From NCBI RefSeq assembly GCF_963853765.1, contig NC_088856.1:35402001-35466000 (forward strand): a stretch of 64,000 bases of DNA, read 5' to 3'. The first letter of the stretch is position 1; the number at the start of each line of letters is the position of its first letter. The notes below the pieces were generated by a model. It saw only the letters and a list, made by a program, of their open reading frames with translations, was not told where the DNA came from and made no database searches. This DNA comes from Magallana gigas (Eukaryota). Below, piece after piece: positions 1 to 13,884 of the stretch. Position numbers and translations under genes: made by a program.

Positions 1-180
1 ACTGTTCCTATCTACTAAAGAATCTCTTATTTGGAATTTGATATCACGCATTTTCTATTCCCTCTGAAAATATTATTATATACATGTAACATTTTTTGTA
101 TGCGGACTTCTCGGCCTCCGATTTCAAACAAAATCTAACTCAAGCACATGTTCCACAGAGATTGTTAAAAAAGATAAGCT

Positions 181-184
<4 letters not shown>

Positions 185-238
<54 letters not shown>
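185..238. repeat. (CT)27 microsatellite
   Basis: Direct inspection. Confidence 0.97.
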
Positions 239-243
<5 letters not shown>

Positions 244-1472
244 AAAGTGTATTGAAACAAGCTTTTTTTTCAAAGTTATATCAATTTTTAGATATTTTTT
301 GCGTAAATATGTTAACTTTTAAGGATTTGAAAGGACTTAAGAAAAATAAATAAATATGTCTTTGGTTTTGGATTGAAACTTACAGGTGTAAACAAAAGCC
401 CGATTTTCGTAAAATAAAATCCATCAATGTACGAAGTATAATATTTTACCCAGAAATTTCAATCATTGCTGTTGAAGTGTTTTGTTGAAGTTACTCTTCT
501 TTCATCTCGATGTTTGTAAAGCAAATTTGGTAAAGGCACATGATAGTGCTTTAATCTAGAAAACTGTCGCCATGTAAATTATGACAGCATACACAGGATA
601 TAAAATTATTCTACTGAATGTTGACTGAAAACTGATTGGCAGAGATATGCCTCTCAGTCACATTTAAGTTTGCTTTAAATTACATGTAAGTTAAAATACC
701 TTTCAGTAACCGTTAAGTCACATTTATGTGACCTTTCAGTTGTAAACAAAAACCCACACAAATAAGAGATCGGTTAAGCCTGCAAAATATAGTTTTAGAC
801 TTGTGTTTATTAAATGTTTTTTAATAAAAGTTTTACATGCTACATGTACATGTAGCTTGGAATTGTTTTTAAGGAAGCCATTTAGACATAAGATACTCTG
901 CCTGCTGTGAAATTATAATCATGTAGCAGCATTATTATTAATAGTACATGTTTGTTAACATAAAGTACAAAAAGAGTGTCATAAAATTTCATTTTGTAAC
1001 TCTGGGCACATTAAAGGCCAAAATACTGCGGCTTCTTGAAAGAAATTGATTCCAAAACGAAGAAGAGTATATCAATAAGAATTGTCGCTGTCAATCATAA
1101 AATGACACAATATACATTCATTAATCCAGATAACATGCTTTTTTCTTCTTTTTTTGGACAATGACAATATGATATACTGATGGCAGAATTTATAGTTTAT
1201 ATTTTGATGTTAAAATATACACGCGTACATAGAATTCATAAATCAAGTCTTGAAATGTCTGCGCATGTGATTTACAAACCCGATCGCTTTAATAAAGATA
1301 TTTGATTCAAGTTTTCCAGAACTAGCGCTTAGCCTTTTTCTTTTTTTAATTTTTTGCAAAGTCGATGTGATTATCAAAGATGCCTCAAGCATTGGAGCAA
1401 CAAAGAGAACAATAAGATCAGAAAACATCATTAAGATTAATATATTTAGCAATATAGGCCAAGGCTGTGTTC

Positions 1473-1535
1473 AGAGAGAGCGAGAGAGAGGAAGGGGGGG
1501 GGGGGAGAAATTAAGGGAGGGGGAGGGGAGTGGGA
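1473..1535. repeat. GA/G-run purine tract with potential G-quadruplex
   Basis: (GA)n-like segment, a 12-G run, then GGG/GGGG/GGGG/GGG blocks. Confidence 0.7.
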
Positions 1536-4500
1536 GATAGAGTCAATTCATTGAAAATAGAAAAAAGTTTAGAAAACACTGCAAATCTTAAAACCACAAT
1601 TATATTGTTTCGCCCAGTGACGCATCAGCAACTTTGTGATCGTCGTCACACCTTTAAAAAACAGAAAGAAAAAAATCAAAGAAAACGCTGTCGTTATATC
1701 CAATATAATTCTCTTTTTTGACCAAATGAATGCCGCCCATTGTTATCTTTGAAGTAAACAAAACGTCTTGCAAAGGTAAAAATACACAAAAAATGAAGAT
1801 AACTTTCAGCAATACAGTAAACAAATTTATTTTATGAAGGATCGAGTCTGTTTTTAATTTTTACCTGCCGCCTGTGAAACTGCATTTTATTCTAATTTTA
1901 TTTTTTTGAACGACAAGACAATGATTTTTATTAAATAAATATATATAATAAGAATACATTCATTCATGCTGTAATTCCATACATTAAACGAGTTCTGTAA
2001 CCTTTGAAAATCAAAGGGCGGACAACATCTCTATATAACCATATGATGGTCATAGTTTAGAAAGGAAATCGTGAATTCTTTTTACTCTGCTTTAATGGCT
2101 CAATATCTGGGGACGTTAAGTTCAAGGATACTGGATTTAGGAAAGTTGGGCAAGAAAATTATCAATTCATGACACTTGAAAAGAAAGTATCGTCGAAATA
2201 AATAATAAATTAAAATATTGAGCTATAGGGAGATTTGAGCGCCAAAAAGACCATTCATTGCTGAACTTAGTAATTGTTGTAGCCTAGTTTGTTAAACGTA
2301 GCTAATTAAAATATGCACAGATAACATTTAATGATCAACTATATGAGAATTGATAAATGAAAAGGTTATAAGCTATAAACTCTCAATGTTGTTCACCGGA
2401 TGCTGCGCTATGTTTTTGCTTGCATATTCCATGGCATGGTACATTTAAATATGCCATCAAATCATTTGGAGTTAATAATGTCATATTCACTCAGAAACGT
2501 TGTTCATGATCAACACTTATTGTTTGCAAAATTCGGGGGGCTTTTCATACGTTCATAAGGTATCTGAGAGCTTTTGCGTTTATAGGGCTATTAACGCATC
2601 AGGTTGGTACATGTCCTTCGAACCATCCTTTTTGAACGTTATATTTTGATATACTTCGTTTTCTTGCTTTTACTATTGCTCATCGAACTTCTACTTGTAC
2701 AATGTACACTGATCGTCGTTCCTGTCTTTGACAACACTTCCTGAACATCATAAATGTAGGTGGCTAAGCGGTTTTTTTTTATTCTAACATTGTTGGTGTT
2801 TTGTTGGGGAGGGAAAAGTGACTTAATTTGAGGATAGCTGTATCAGCGGCGTGTAAAATTGTTAACGATAACCATCTACCGATGCCGGTGTTTTCATAAC
2901 TCATAAACAACGCCAGCAAACTGAGTATTAAATTTATAATGACAGGCCTCTTTCATAAATGTTGCACATTCTCCTCTACCCCATTTGTATTGTGACGTGA
3001 CGAAACGAATTTGGACTTCCAGAGGAGGAAAACTAAGTCGCTGATTAAATCGGTATGAATTATCTCACTTTTACCAAGTGTACAATGGAATTTGTGGTCA
3101 AAGTTGAGTCTCAAAAGAAAAAAAAATCCCTATCATAATTGCTCGCACCTGCACAAGTGATCAATGGTGGGACAATTTGCTTGAAAAGGGGTCGCCATAT
3201 TCTTGGCTGATGTGAAGCTCACGGTTGCTCCCGGTGTCTAGAGTTTCTCTTTACGGAAGACGGAATTCCATTCACTTCATTCGACTCCTGATCTCTCTTT
3301 CCACTGCAGTATGGCTTTCTTTATTTCCTTTGACTTTCTCATAGTCAAAAGTTCACTCGCCAAATGTTTAGAAAATTGCTAATAGGTTGGTTATGGCGAT
3401 TAGTAACGCGGCCATCTGCATGTACCCCCACAGGGATGTATGTGCCGTGCCTTTCCCTTTGTTAGACCCCCCATATCACCCCACAACTATACAAGTTAAG
3501 GGTAGGTAATATGAATCATAATTAAGAGAAAGTGCAAAGAAAAATATTTGTCCCCACAGTCATATATATTGGTATCTAGCACCTTTATGCACCGGAGAAC
3601 TTCAATAATGGAGGCGATTTATCCAGGTGCAAATCAATAGATCTGGACGCATTACTATCAAATGTATCAAATTTGACAATTATATCTAATGAACAGGACA
3701 AATATCTAATAATACCGTGTATGCCCGTGCTTAACAATTGAGATAACATATATTTTATAGTGGAAATAATCCGCATCCATCAATTGTTATGTGTAAGACC
3801 TCTTCACATGTCTTTGAAATTGCTCTTTTATCAATTTACTGGAGCTCAATTAAACATCAATACCGAGTTAAACCTCGATTGAATGGATTAGGATTATCGA
3901 TTACCTACATTAGTTCTATAATATGAATTTGTAGAGTTGTGCTTCGCAATCTAAAAATCTCACCAAGTTCAAACAATCTTCTGAAGCTGAATTGATATAT
4001 ATAACAACAGTCTAAAGGCTCTTAGAATAACTATTTCATACCCTTTGCTTTGCAGCATTGATAAGGGTAGCCCATTGCAAAACTCGTTAACAGCTGGCTA
4101 CACTCGAAAACCTTGTTCATTTTTTTTTTATCAAAATTGACCCTTTAAATAACAGATCATTTAAAGCCTTACATACAAGGAGAAAAAGATAACATTATTC
4201 TTGGTGCTTATAGCGAATCTAGATTAAACAATAAAAAAAAATTTAACCGTTTAGCAGTATAGGTAGACAAGATCGTTGCAATTGTTCTCAGCAATTATGT
4301 AACAGTACTGCCGGTCAAAACAAGCCCCCAATAGACTGCCCACGTCCGTATTTTTTTTTTTAATTTACAGATTTTTTTTCTTCTAAACTTGTTATTTCAG
4401 CAGGATCGAACCTTTTTGATATAAAGACTGATAAAAACAAGAAGAACAATAGACGCGAACTGGGTTTCCTCCATGCAGGGATCTCTTATACTTCTTGATC

Positions 4501-6952
4501 GGAATAATCGTCGTATTTCATCTGTGAATGGAGTGGTGGAGGTCATACCACCAACAATGAATTACAACTCTTTTAAATATAAACAAACAGTCGAACATTT
4601 AGCCACCCCGCATTGATCTTGTAAGTTGTACTGCAATTACTAATTTTCTTTTGCGGTGGCCACTGTTTTGTCAACAAGCTTACACCCCATGCAGATAATC
4701 TATCATGGAGAGGCTCAGCGATTTCTCTGTTTCTCTTTTACACTCTACACTTACGATAGCACTTGTCACTCATTTTAAGATGTGGTCACCTTGTTTTGGC
4801 AATAAACCTAGGCCTATACCCCATGCAGATAACCAGTCATTTTGGGCCCATCATTTATTTCCCCTAAAATAGCCTTTCACTATTTACAATTTTTATCGCA
4901 ATCAAAAATAATTTTATGAATCAGTTATTTTCTTATGCCAACAAGCTTATAACCCAATTGCCAATTACAGGTATCTAGCGAAGAAAAATATCCACCAACG
5001 ATGCCAATTAATACTCTGTTCGTCGCTTTTCCATAAGTACATCACATTTCCTTTTTTTACCCTATTACTTGGAGTAAGTTTACTTAATAACTGGAATATT
5101 TTTTACGAAACATTCTTGAACACTCGTTACTTTTCCATGGGAAAAAATAACTGTGGTTTGAAACCTGTCGATACCCGGAAAAACGATGTCAACCGAGTTG
5201 AATATTATCTGCGATTTGTGGTTACAGTTCAGTTCTCATCTACGAGGACGTTTAACGCCACATCATTCGATCATCGTCCGATGTTTTTATACCACTGTTC
5301 TTATTGCACTTTAAGCCCTTTAGATGTTATTTGATGCGGTTTCTTTTGTATGATGTGTCGAGATGTCCGCATCAAAGAGATAGTGGACGAGTTGTGCATT
5401 TGACTTGATCAGCTGGGTACAATCTTGGGGGGTAACCTTCCTGGCTTTTGGCAAGAGCAGACTGCAACTTTAATTTTTATCTATTTATTTATTCATCTAC
5501 AGAGTTAACTTTATCACAATACATTTGATATTGGTTAATGAGTCCAAAAACAACACGATCGTTTAGTTAAAAAAAAAACAAATTTTCTGGCGACTCAAAA
5601 AAAGCAATTCAGCGTTCACAGGAATTTAAGTTCATTTATTTTAAAAAAGAAAGATAAAAACGACTTTGTAATTTTGCCTGGTCGATGACAAAACAATTGA
5701 CGATTTAAAAATAAAACAGAAAACTTCAGAACAGAAAGGTAGAAAACATGAGAGCTATGAAAAACATCATAGAAAAAACACATGGTTAGCTCTCAAAATA
5801 TGAACTGAAAACGAGCGTCGAATTTTCCCGTATTTCATTTTGCAGGTTTCTTAGTGCTTTTACACTTCAGGGGTATAATGTTTACATCCCGAAAGTTCAC
5901 GCAAAGTGGAAATAAAGCCCCGTTGTAGATAAACCTTTTTTATATATATAATTTTGAAGCCTTTCGACAACTGTACGTTAAAAGTGCGACAAGGAAACTT
6001 TACAAACCAATCATACAGCGATTTTTCGTCGTCGTTTCTTTCTACAACTCGAGTTATTCATAGAACTCTTAACGCCGAACAACAAAGAGTCATTATTTAA
6101 CAGCTGTTTACGAGTACATTTACAAGAAACTTTGTATTGTGAGTTTCTAAATTTAACACTACATTAATCTTAACCGTTTGGTGAGAGAGATAACAGCGCC
6201 CCCACCTCAATGGTAGCGTAGGACACAGTGCAGTGGGGTTTGAATCACTACAGCGATCCGGGTGCGTGAACAAATGCCAATATATGTGCTTTGAATTTAA
6301 TCTGTTTACAAAATAAAAGTGAAAAGAGATATGGCGGGCACCGTTGTGTTGATTTTGATAAGTCTGCTATGTAAAGAGCCATGATTCACGAGGGGAGATG
6401 ATGAATTTGTCCAGCACTGGAGGGGGTCCATGTCAATTGCACTTTTCAATGGGGGGAGAAGGAATTACTTTCGATAAGTAGATTTTATCTGGAGATTATC
6501 TTATATCGTTGGCTGTGCTATCAATTGTTCTCCCTTTTCTGTCCGTCTGTACAGGCATTGCAGGAGGCCTATTCTCGCCGATCAGGCCATGCTATTGTAA
6601 ATTAAAGAGTCCGGGATGCATGGAATACTATCAAGACGATCGGTGTCAAACTCTCGCGGCGCGGGAGACTCACGCAGGAGAGAAAGGAAGAGGGAGATCG
6701 TGAGACAGGGAGAGAGAGAAAGAGGTCTTCGAGATAACTTTCCAAACAGAATTTTTGTTCTTGCAATGCGGGAGGTTGATTTTTTTCGGGAGATGATTGA
6801 AGGCTTTTCTCCTTCAAATCTCGTCCAGGGATTTGTCATGTTAAGTGTGATTGAGGGAGGTTTGTGATAACATTTATGTAACTCAGTCACGATATAGACA
6901 TTGTCTCTGTTTTTGTGTTGCAGATCCAGAGGCAGTCTGTGCTTTTACCGGC

Positions 6953-6955
<3 letters not shown>

Positions 6956-7020
<65 letters not shown>
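6956..7020. repeat. (GA)n microsatellite
   Basis: Direct inspection. Confidence 0.97.
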
Positions 7021-7022
<2 letters not shown>

Positions 7023-7132
7023 TAAACTACTGCATCCAACAAATAACATGGTTTCCTGGTACCTGTGAAGAAGACAAACGCGGAAACACAGAGATCGTTG
7101 CTCTTAAAATGCCTTTTAACAATTTGACATAC

Positions 7133-7168
7133 CCGAAGTATTCTTCGGCGTCAGCATAAGATACTAGT
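7133..7168 (+). mobile_element. Helitron-style 3' terminus
   Basis: Perfect hairpin CCGAAG-tatt-CTTCGG (7133-7148), 15 nt, then CTAG|T (7164-7168). 5' end not identified. Confidence 0.3.
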
Positions 7169-8644
7169 ATTTTGTTTGTAAATTCCGTATGAGAAGGTGT
7201 CAATGCGTATACCGATCGTAACAATTAAAGGATTTTTTAAAAAAAAGTAACTTTTGATGAAAAATATCAAAAGAATTGTCTTTTATTATACCAAGAGACC
7301 TGAGGAATTTTAGCAAGGGCAACTTTATGTTTTACTCCATTTCACAGGATATTTGAATTTTAAAAAAGGACCTTAATAAGGTGCACAAATATGCATATAT
7401 ACCGGTATCGGTTTATTCGAATCGTTATAAACCCAAATGCAACATAAACTATTATTATACAAAATTTGTCTCCTGCTTTTGATTAAATATTGTCTGTTAT
7501 GTCGTTTTTTTAAGAATATCAGGCTACTGCTATCGTGTCCCATTGTGAAATTAATAAAAAAGCTAGGTAATATTGAATCCAATCGATGATGTCTAAATAA
7601 TCAAATTCTAAAAAAGAAAACTATCCAGTCTGTTATATTTACCCTGGTTATCACTTCTTTTAATTAAAAAACCATGATTCATTTTTATACCGGAGTTACT
7701 TCATGAATATTTGTGTTGTTGTTTCATGGAACCTCTAAATCACAGGGTGCGTTTGAATAAAATTTACAAATCACATTGTTCACATGAAAAAAACAACAAC
7801 AACTTCATGTTTTGTTATAATGTAGAAAACATGCGAACTTCATCACGACTGCCGGAAAGCGAAAAAAGTGATTACTTTACCTTTTTTATAATATTCTCTC
7901 TGTTCTTAGAAAATTCTGCAAGACCGCAAATGTAAAGAAACAATTAATATCTAATGGAAATGCACGGTAGTATTAAATTTTTTATTTACAGAAATATCCG
8001 AGGCAATTTCGACGTTTGTTGGATTTTGTAGTGTAGATAATGGTAAGGAATAAATGCCATAGGGGGAATGTGGTCCGAAGAAGTTAAATACATACTAAGC
8101 AGCCGGTTAATTTGACACTGTACTTTGCAACCTTTGTCACAGATCATGATATCAGATTGTACCGTTTTGATACAGTAATTATGGATTATATAAATATATA
8201 CATTATATATAACCTATTTATCATTATCGCGTGCGATTTTTTATCTTTACTCCCTACCCCCTCCAAAAAAACGATAAAGGAAAACAGAAACCTTTCAGTG
8301 CATTCAAATCCGTATGTATGCAAAATTTGTTGCGGTTTTTATTTATTTTTTTGCTAAATTTCAATATATCTTCTTTGTTTATTCGGTAATAAACTGTATT
8401 TTTATCCACGCTCCCACATTATATCAACCCGAGTACGGAGTTTGACCTTTTACATGCATTTACTTTTTATACAGGATAGATTGTCTGCACATAAAAGCTG
8501 AATATACAAATTTTGCAGTTTGTCTAGGAAAGTTAGATAAGAGAAAACCAGTGCAGTCTGAGTCTGACATATTTAGTAATCGATTATTAAAGCCAATACT
8601 AGTAAAGAATTCAGTCCTAAGTTTTGAATAAGATGTACAATGTA

Positions 8645-8778
8645 NNNNNNNNNNNNNNNNNNNNNNNNNNNNNNNNNNNNNNNNNNNNNNNNNNNNNNNN
8701 NNNNNNNNNNNNNNNNNNNNNNNNNNNNNNNNNNNNNNNNNNNNNNNNNNNNNNNNNNNNNNNNNNNNNNNNNNNNNN
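8645..8778. other. Assembly gap (134 N)
   Basis: N run. Confidence 1.
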
Positions 8779-11700
8779 GCCACATAATTTACAAGTTCAA
8801 TAACTCTAAACTCCATATCTATATTAAACAGGCCTTAAGCAAATTTTATTAAATAATAAAAAAAAAAGATATCGGAAATGTGACAATTTGAGATTTACAG
8901 CCAACCTTGATATAATGTTGATCAATGTGATAAATGATTTATTTGAATTCTACAAACATGCAAATAATGGCAGTGTATTGTTAACAGATAGCCAGTAAAG
9001 ATGAAATGATTTCAATTTAACCCGTTTACAAAAAGAATAGCGAGATTGGAAATATTTTCTTAACCATAAACACTTTTTTCATCCGGCAGACAGCGTTAAT
9101 ATACAGTTACATATATTTTATGTGTAATTTAACTTTCGATGTATTTGTTGATTTTATTAATATTTTTTTTGTTTTGTTTTGAGGAATTACCATAATATAT
9201 CTAGGTCTGTGGTTTTTCGGTCAATTGCATATCGAGTGTTGTTATTTAAAACAGATAACGTATACATATGTACATCACAATATGCAATTATGATAGAAGA
9301 GTATTCCTCTAGTACTTTGAAATTATATAAAAAAAAAAAAAATTATTCCATGCGCTCCATCATTCTTTCGTATCTGCAGGGTTGAAATACGTGTTAACTT
9401 GTACGAAGTGGGTGTTCTGAAGGAAAAAAGAAACGGGGGTGGAAGACAAGTTGTTTGACCTTGTATGAAGGTCAAATGTTCCTGAACTTTCTTGTGTGTT
9501 CTTTCCAGTGCAGACAATAACCTTCGAGATAAAAACATTTATTTATACTGCACATTAATAAAAATAAGACAAGAACCCATTGATTGGAAATACCCGATGA
9601 ACCCAGTGTAAAAGCCATTTTAACTTGCATTATACTATTTAGAAGATGCCTTTGGCACACTGACCTAAATTTATTTTCACCATTTCATCAGCACTTCTGT
9701 TTTTAAGAAAAAAAAACAAGAATTAAGGTGTAATATTGCTCTACTGAAGCAGTAAACCCTTGTATATATATCAAGCTACGTCATAGAAGCAGACGTTGCA
9801 TTTTTTCGTGTCGCCGCCTTGAGAATTGTTCACATTAAAATTGCTCACAGTAACCTCAAAATAAATATTCTTTCCTAAAATTAATTTTTTTTAATAGAAA
9901 AGTTTATCTTGATCGCAAGGTCTTACAAAGTGGACGTCGAGGCGCAGCTTTGATTTACGGTAAATATAGCCCCCATGATGCCGTTTGGAGAATATTTCGT
10001 AATTTGCAGAGAAGCAACGAACTCCGAACGTTTTGTGTACATCGGTGTAATGCTAAGAAGTAACCTTGTCAGAACGAGCGAAGACATTGTTTAACACCGG
10101 CCAATACCCATGTAATGAGTGAAAGACGGTGTATATACTTCAACGCTTTACATTGGGTGATTTATATCAGCGTTGCATAACGTTCACTTTAATTTTTAAG
10201 TCACAGTTTTTATTTTTCCAGAAGAAAATTTTGTGTCCAGAAAAAAAAAATTGTTGCTTTGGTAATAAGTTCTTGACAGTTTGTTGCATAAGAATAAGGA
10301 AAAGAGCGCCTCAAAAATGATGTATGATTATTCTATTTGTTGATTGTGAATTCGGCTAAAAAGTCGTCACAGTCAAAATTTCCAGCGTTAATTTTTTTTC
10401 AGTTTTAGAACTGAAATTAGTTGATATGACATTTATTTCTTTCTCCATGCTAGGAGATCAAAAGAAGACTCATTTTGGGTATGGTTAAGATATGAAGCTT
10501 TTCATGATTGGATATACATTTTGAGACCGTTGACATTTCGAAACATTGAAATCTTTTGTAAACGATGAACACCTTTTCTTGAATTGCGGTCATACGATGA
10601 ATTATTAGCCCTTATAGTATTAGACGTCCATAAATTAAGATATTTTTGTAGAAGGCCGAAGCCCTTGCCTTCAACATTTGACTTGGGATTGATTCACAGA
10701 TTGGAAATAAATTACGAAAAGGTGATATGTAAATCATTGTTTTCTGTTCGTAATCAATAAATCTCGCAATAACAAACGCTTACATGACTTTAATTTGTCG
10801 TTCTTTTTCGCGTTTAGAATATGGTATGAGAAACCGGCTCTTCTAACTGGCGACATTTAGCAAGGCCAGGCACCTGTCAGATTTGATAGTTTTATAGGGT
10901 TACTAAGCTAATTTCAAGAAACATAACGAAACAACTATTCAGGTATTATTTTTACAGGTAGGTAAATGAGAATGTGGAACGTATAGTACAGTGGCTTTTG
11001 AAGAATGAGCACTAAAATTTTTATCAAAATGTTAAGTATTTTAATTCCATTCTGACAAATCTACTTAGATATGAAAATATGGCAGCATGCTTGTCATAAA
11101 TAACTCGGATCGTTAGCAGAAAGGAATGAGGAAATAGTGAAAATGTTTTGTAAAACTTTTCGAATTATGTAATATTGCGATTTTGAATTTGGACTGTTGA
11201 CTCACAGTGTCCATATACCATACAAAGGCGTCTACTGCATTTAATTTTTGTTTTAATAATTCAAAACAAAAATCACACATATTAATTATTATATCCTTAT
11301 TATATAAGGTCATGTTATTGACATCGATCATTATCATTTATATATTATTATTTGATCTACTTAATGACTGTATTAAAAAAAAAAACACACAAATTCTCGT
11401 TAGCCTACTTGTAGGTCATCAGCATTGGCGGTTTGAATGTAATTTGTAATGCTGTGTCAAAAAGTTTATATTATTACATGTAGGTCGCTACATCTGCTTT
11501 GGCTGTCGTGCACCTGATTTGGAGGGTTTTTTTTTAAAGATTGCTTACCTACAATTTTACTTATACGTCTAGACAGTTATTATTTAAAATCATCTATAAA
11601 TCAGCTAGAATGACTTTTCTCGAACAATTTTAATTTCACCTAAAAGAAAAATTCTTAATTTATTCACTTCAAATCTCAGAAGATGACTTTTTTGTCCTTT

Positions 11701-13334
11701 GTAATCTTTATCAAATTTAAATGATAACAATGATTGTGAGGCTAAGTTATCAACAATTTAATTATACTCTGTCCACTTTTGCATCCGGGCTAGTGCCACC
11801 TACACACAATATTATTGAACGGTTTCCAAATCTTCGTGTTGTAATTGCATAATTGCAAAGAAATACTTTTAAAAATACGCAACATCAAGACATAAAAAAT
11901 ATTTTTTCTAGATGAAAGATAGCTAAAGACTTCATGATATATGTATTTTATGGAATAATGAAACCTACACAAATTGTTTTACAAAAATCTGTGTATTTAC
12001 TTTTTTGTATCCTTTGTTACGTTCAACGTGCAAAAATTCTATATGCATCTATGATATTTAATATTTTTCCTTTCAATTTTCTTTAATTGATTTCCAAAGT
12101 ATCAAATAAAATGTGTATTATTTGAAATAAATCTAATTAATAAATGTCTTAAGGAAAGGGGATAAGGGTGTGAGAGACATCGAAAATTATCATTGCAAAA
12201 CGTATCTGACTGGTGATAAGTATTACTAGCTTTGAACCTAAAATGCAGAGCAAGTCTATTTGGAACTATAATTAATCAAACAGTTGTTCTTACATATTGT
12301 TTGATTACATCAAATGGGTAAGAAGCAAGGATTGTTTCTCCTTTCAGGCCTCAGGATCATGAAGGAATTTCAGACTTAAATCAAAAATTCAGTCGGTCAT
12401 AAAATGATTGTTTATCATAATATGACAATTGAAATTTGTAATAAACAGCATTATATTAAGACACTTTTGATAGCCTATGAATTATGTCCGAATTTTTATT
12501 CAAGAGACACTTTGACAGTGTCCAATTTTAGACTTGAGTCTAAGATTCTTTCATGATCCCGGAGCCTGAGATCTTTGACTTGTTGTGTAGAATGAGGCTA
12601 GTACATACTCACCTATAAAAATTAATGCTAACTCATGTCAACAGAAAATATCGGGACACGGAAAAAGAGCCAGTCATGTAAACAGTGGTGAATCAGGGTT
12701 TATTTGGATTTGAATAATTCCGCACTGCAATTCAAACTTAGATGGACACCCGATTAATTTAAACAAACCGAGATAACGAAAACCTTTGATTTATTCCCCC
12801 CAAACGGGCATTGTTGTGACGTAGTGTAAATTAAGTTCATTTAAACATTTCGTTACCATTTCAGCACTGACCAACATTATAATCACCGAATGAACTTCGT
12901 TATCAGGTTTTTCGAATCAGAAATTCAATAAATCGCACGCCGTAACTTTTTGATAAGTGTATATATATATATACGTATAAATAGGTTTAATCAATATTGA
13001 CTTTTACATGAAAATAAAAAAAAAAATCTGTGATTGTTTTGGTAAGGGTTTCGGTAATCCCCGGCCACTTACCAGACTTACACATACCCCCCCCCCCCCT
13101 TCCAAAAAAAAGTCAACAAAAAAACAAAACATGGCGGCCGACCTAATCTAGTTCGACTGGTTGGGTGCGTATGAAGTTAAATAACCTTCACTCAGAGGGA
13201 ACCAATATCAAAGATTATTAAACATAATTATTTCGAATTAGTAAAGTCAATATTGTATATTGTTAAATGTATTTAAAGATTTCTATAGTGTCATTGTTTT
13301 TCACCGCTGATTCATCTATTATGACAATTCTTGG

Positions 13335-13884
13335 TGTTACTGGGGTAAAATTGTCATAATGTACGGGATATTGAAATCGCTGTTTTAACGAAGGAATCTG
13401 GACTGCGCACCGCTATGGGGAGTGGCGTCCCACCCGCTCTGGGGTGTAAATTCTTTACCCAAGCTCTGAATATAGAACAACGCAGACAAGACTTCGGTTT
13501 ACCACTCATTTATTAAATATATATTATTAACCTTTTATTTTTATAATTTATAAAACATTCCAATTTTAACCATTAAACAACTCAATATAATACATAATAA
13601 TTATAAAATATTGAAATCCTCTGAACAACTAATAATATGATCTTACCTGAATATAGAACAACGCAGACAAGACTTCGGTTTACCACTAATCCAAAAGTCC
13701 TTTCTCCGCCGTCTATATGCCCTAACCTACGTCACTTCAACCTCCGTACCCTGATATGTTTATCTCACAACGCGTTCACTTACTCCGACGCGCCGTGGTC
13801 AGTTTATATCGTACTTTATATTTAACACTTAGCCACTAACTCGGTTCATATATCAGCAATACAATTCCCCTAATGATGTAAACA
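13335..13884 (-). mobile_element. Solo-LTR-like element
   Basis: On the minus strand it runs TGTTTAC...CCCCAGTAACA (TG...CA ends). It has a CpG-rich U3-like part, TATA-like CATATAGA, AATAAA (plus-strand TTTATT at ~13509) and a GC-richer U5-like end. No TSD could be identified, so ends and class are uncertain. Confidence 0.4.
13466..13687. repeat. Perfect 41-bp direct repeat separated by a 140-bp very AT-rich spacer
   Basis: CTGAATATAGAACAACGCAGACAAGACTTCGGTTTACCACT at 13466-13506 and 13647-13687. Confidence 0.95.

Noticed and set aside
96-353. ORFs with SL/ER/IY/poly-H runs (also 6851, 17482, 30266, 32123, 48556, 48764, 60817, 61351) and X-containing ORFs
   Set aside because: They are open only because microsatellites or N-gaps lack stop codons; no protein similarity.
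360-850. Probable non-autonomous DNA transposon fragment at window start
   Set aside because: It looks repeat-like, but no TIR, TSD or internal duplicate can be demonstrated within the window.
6509-6890. Overlapping 64-102 aa ORFs on both strands as a real gene
   Set aside because: No recognisable domain; explained by locally higher GC and purine skew.
9454-9476. TTTGACCTT-gtatg-AAGGTCAAA everted nuclear-receptor palindrome
   Set aside because: Non-standard 7-nt spacing, and TGACCT words also occur in repeat-like context here (e.g. 24434); a single site is uninformative.
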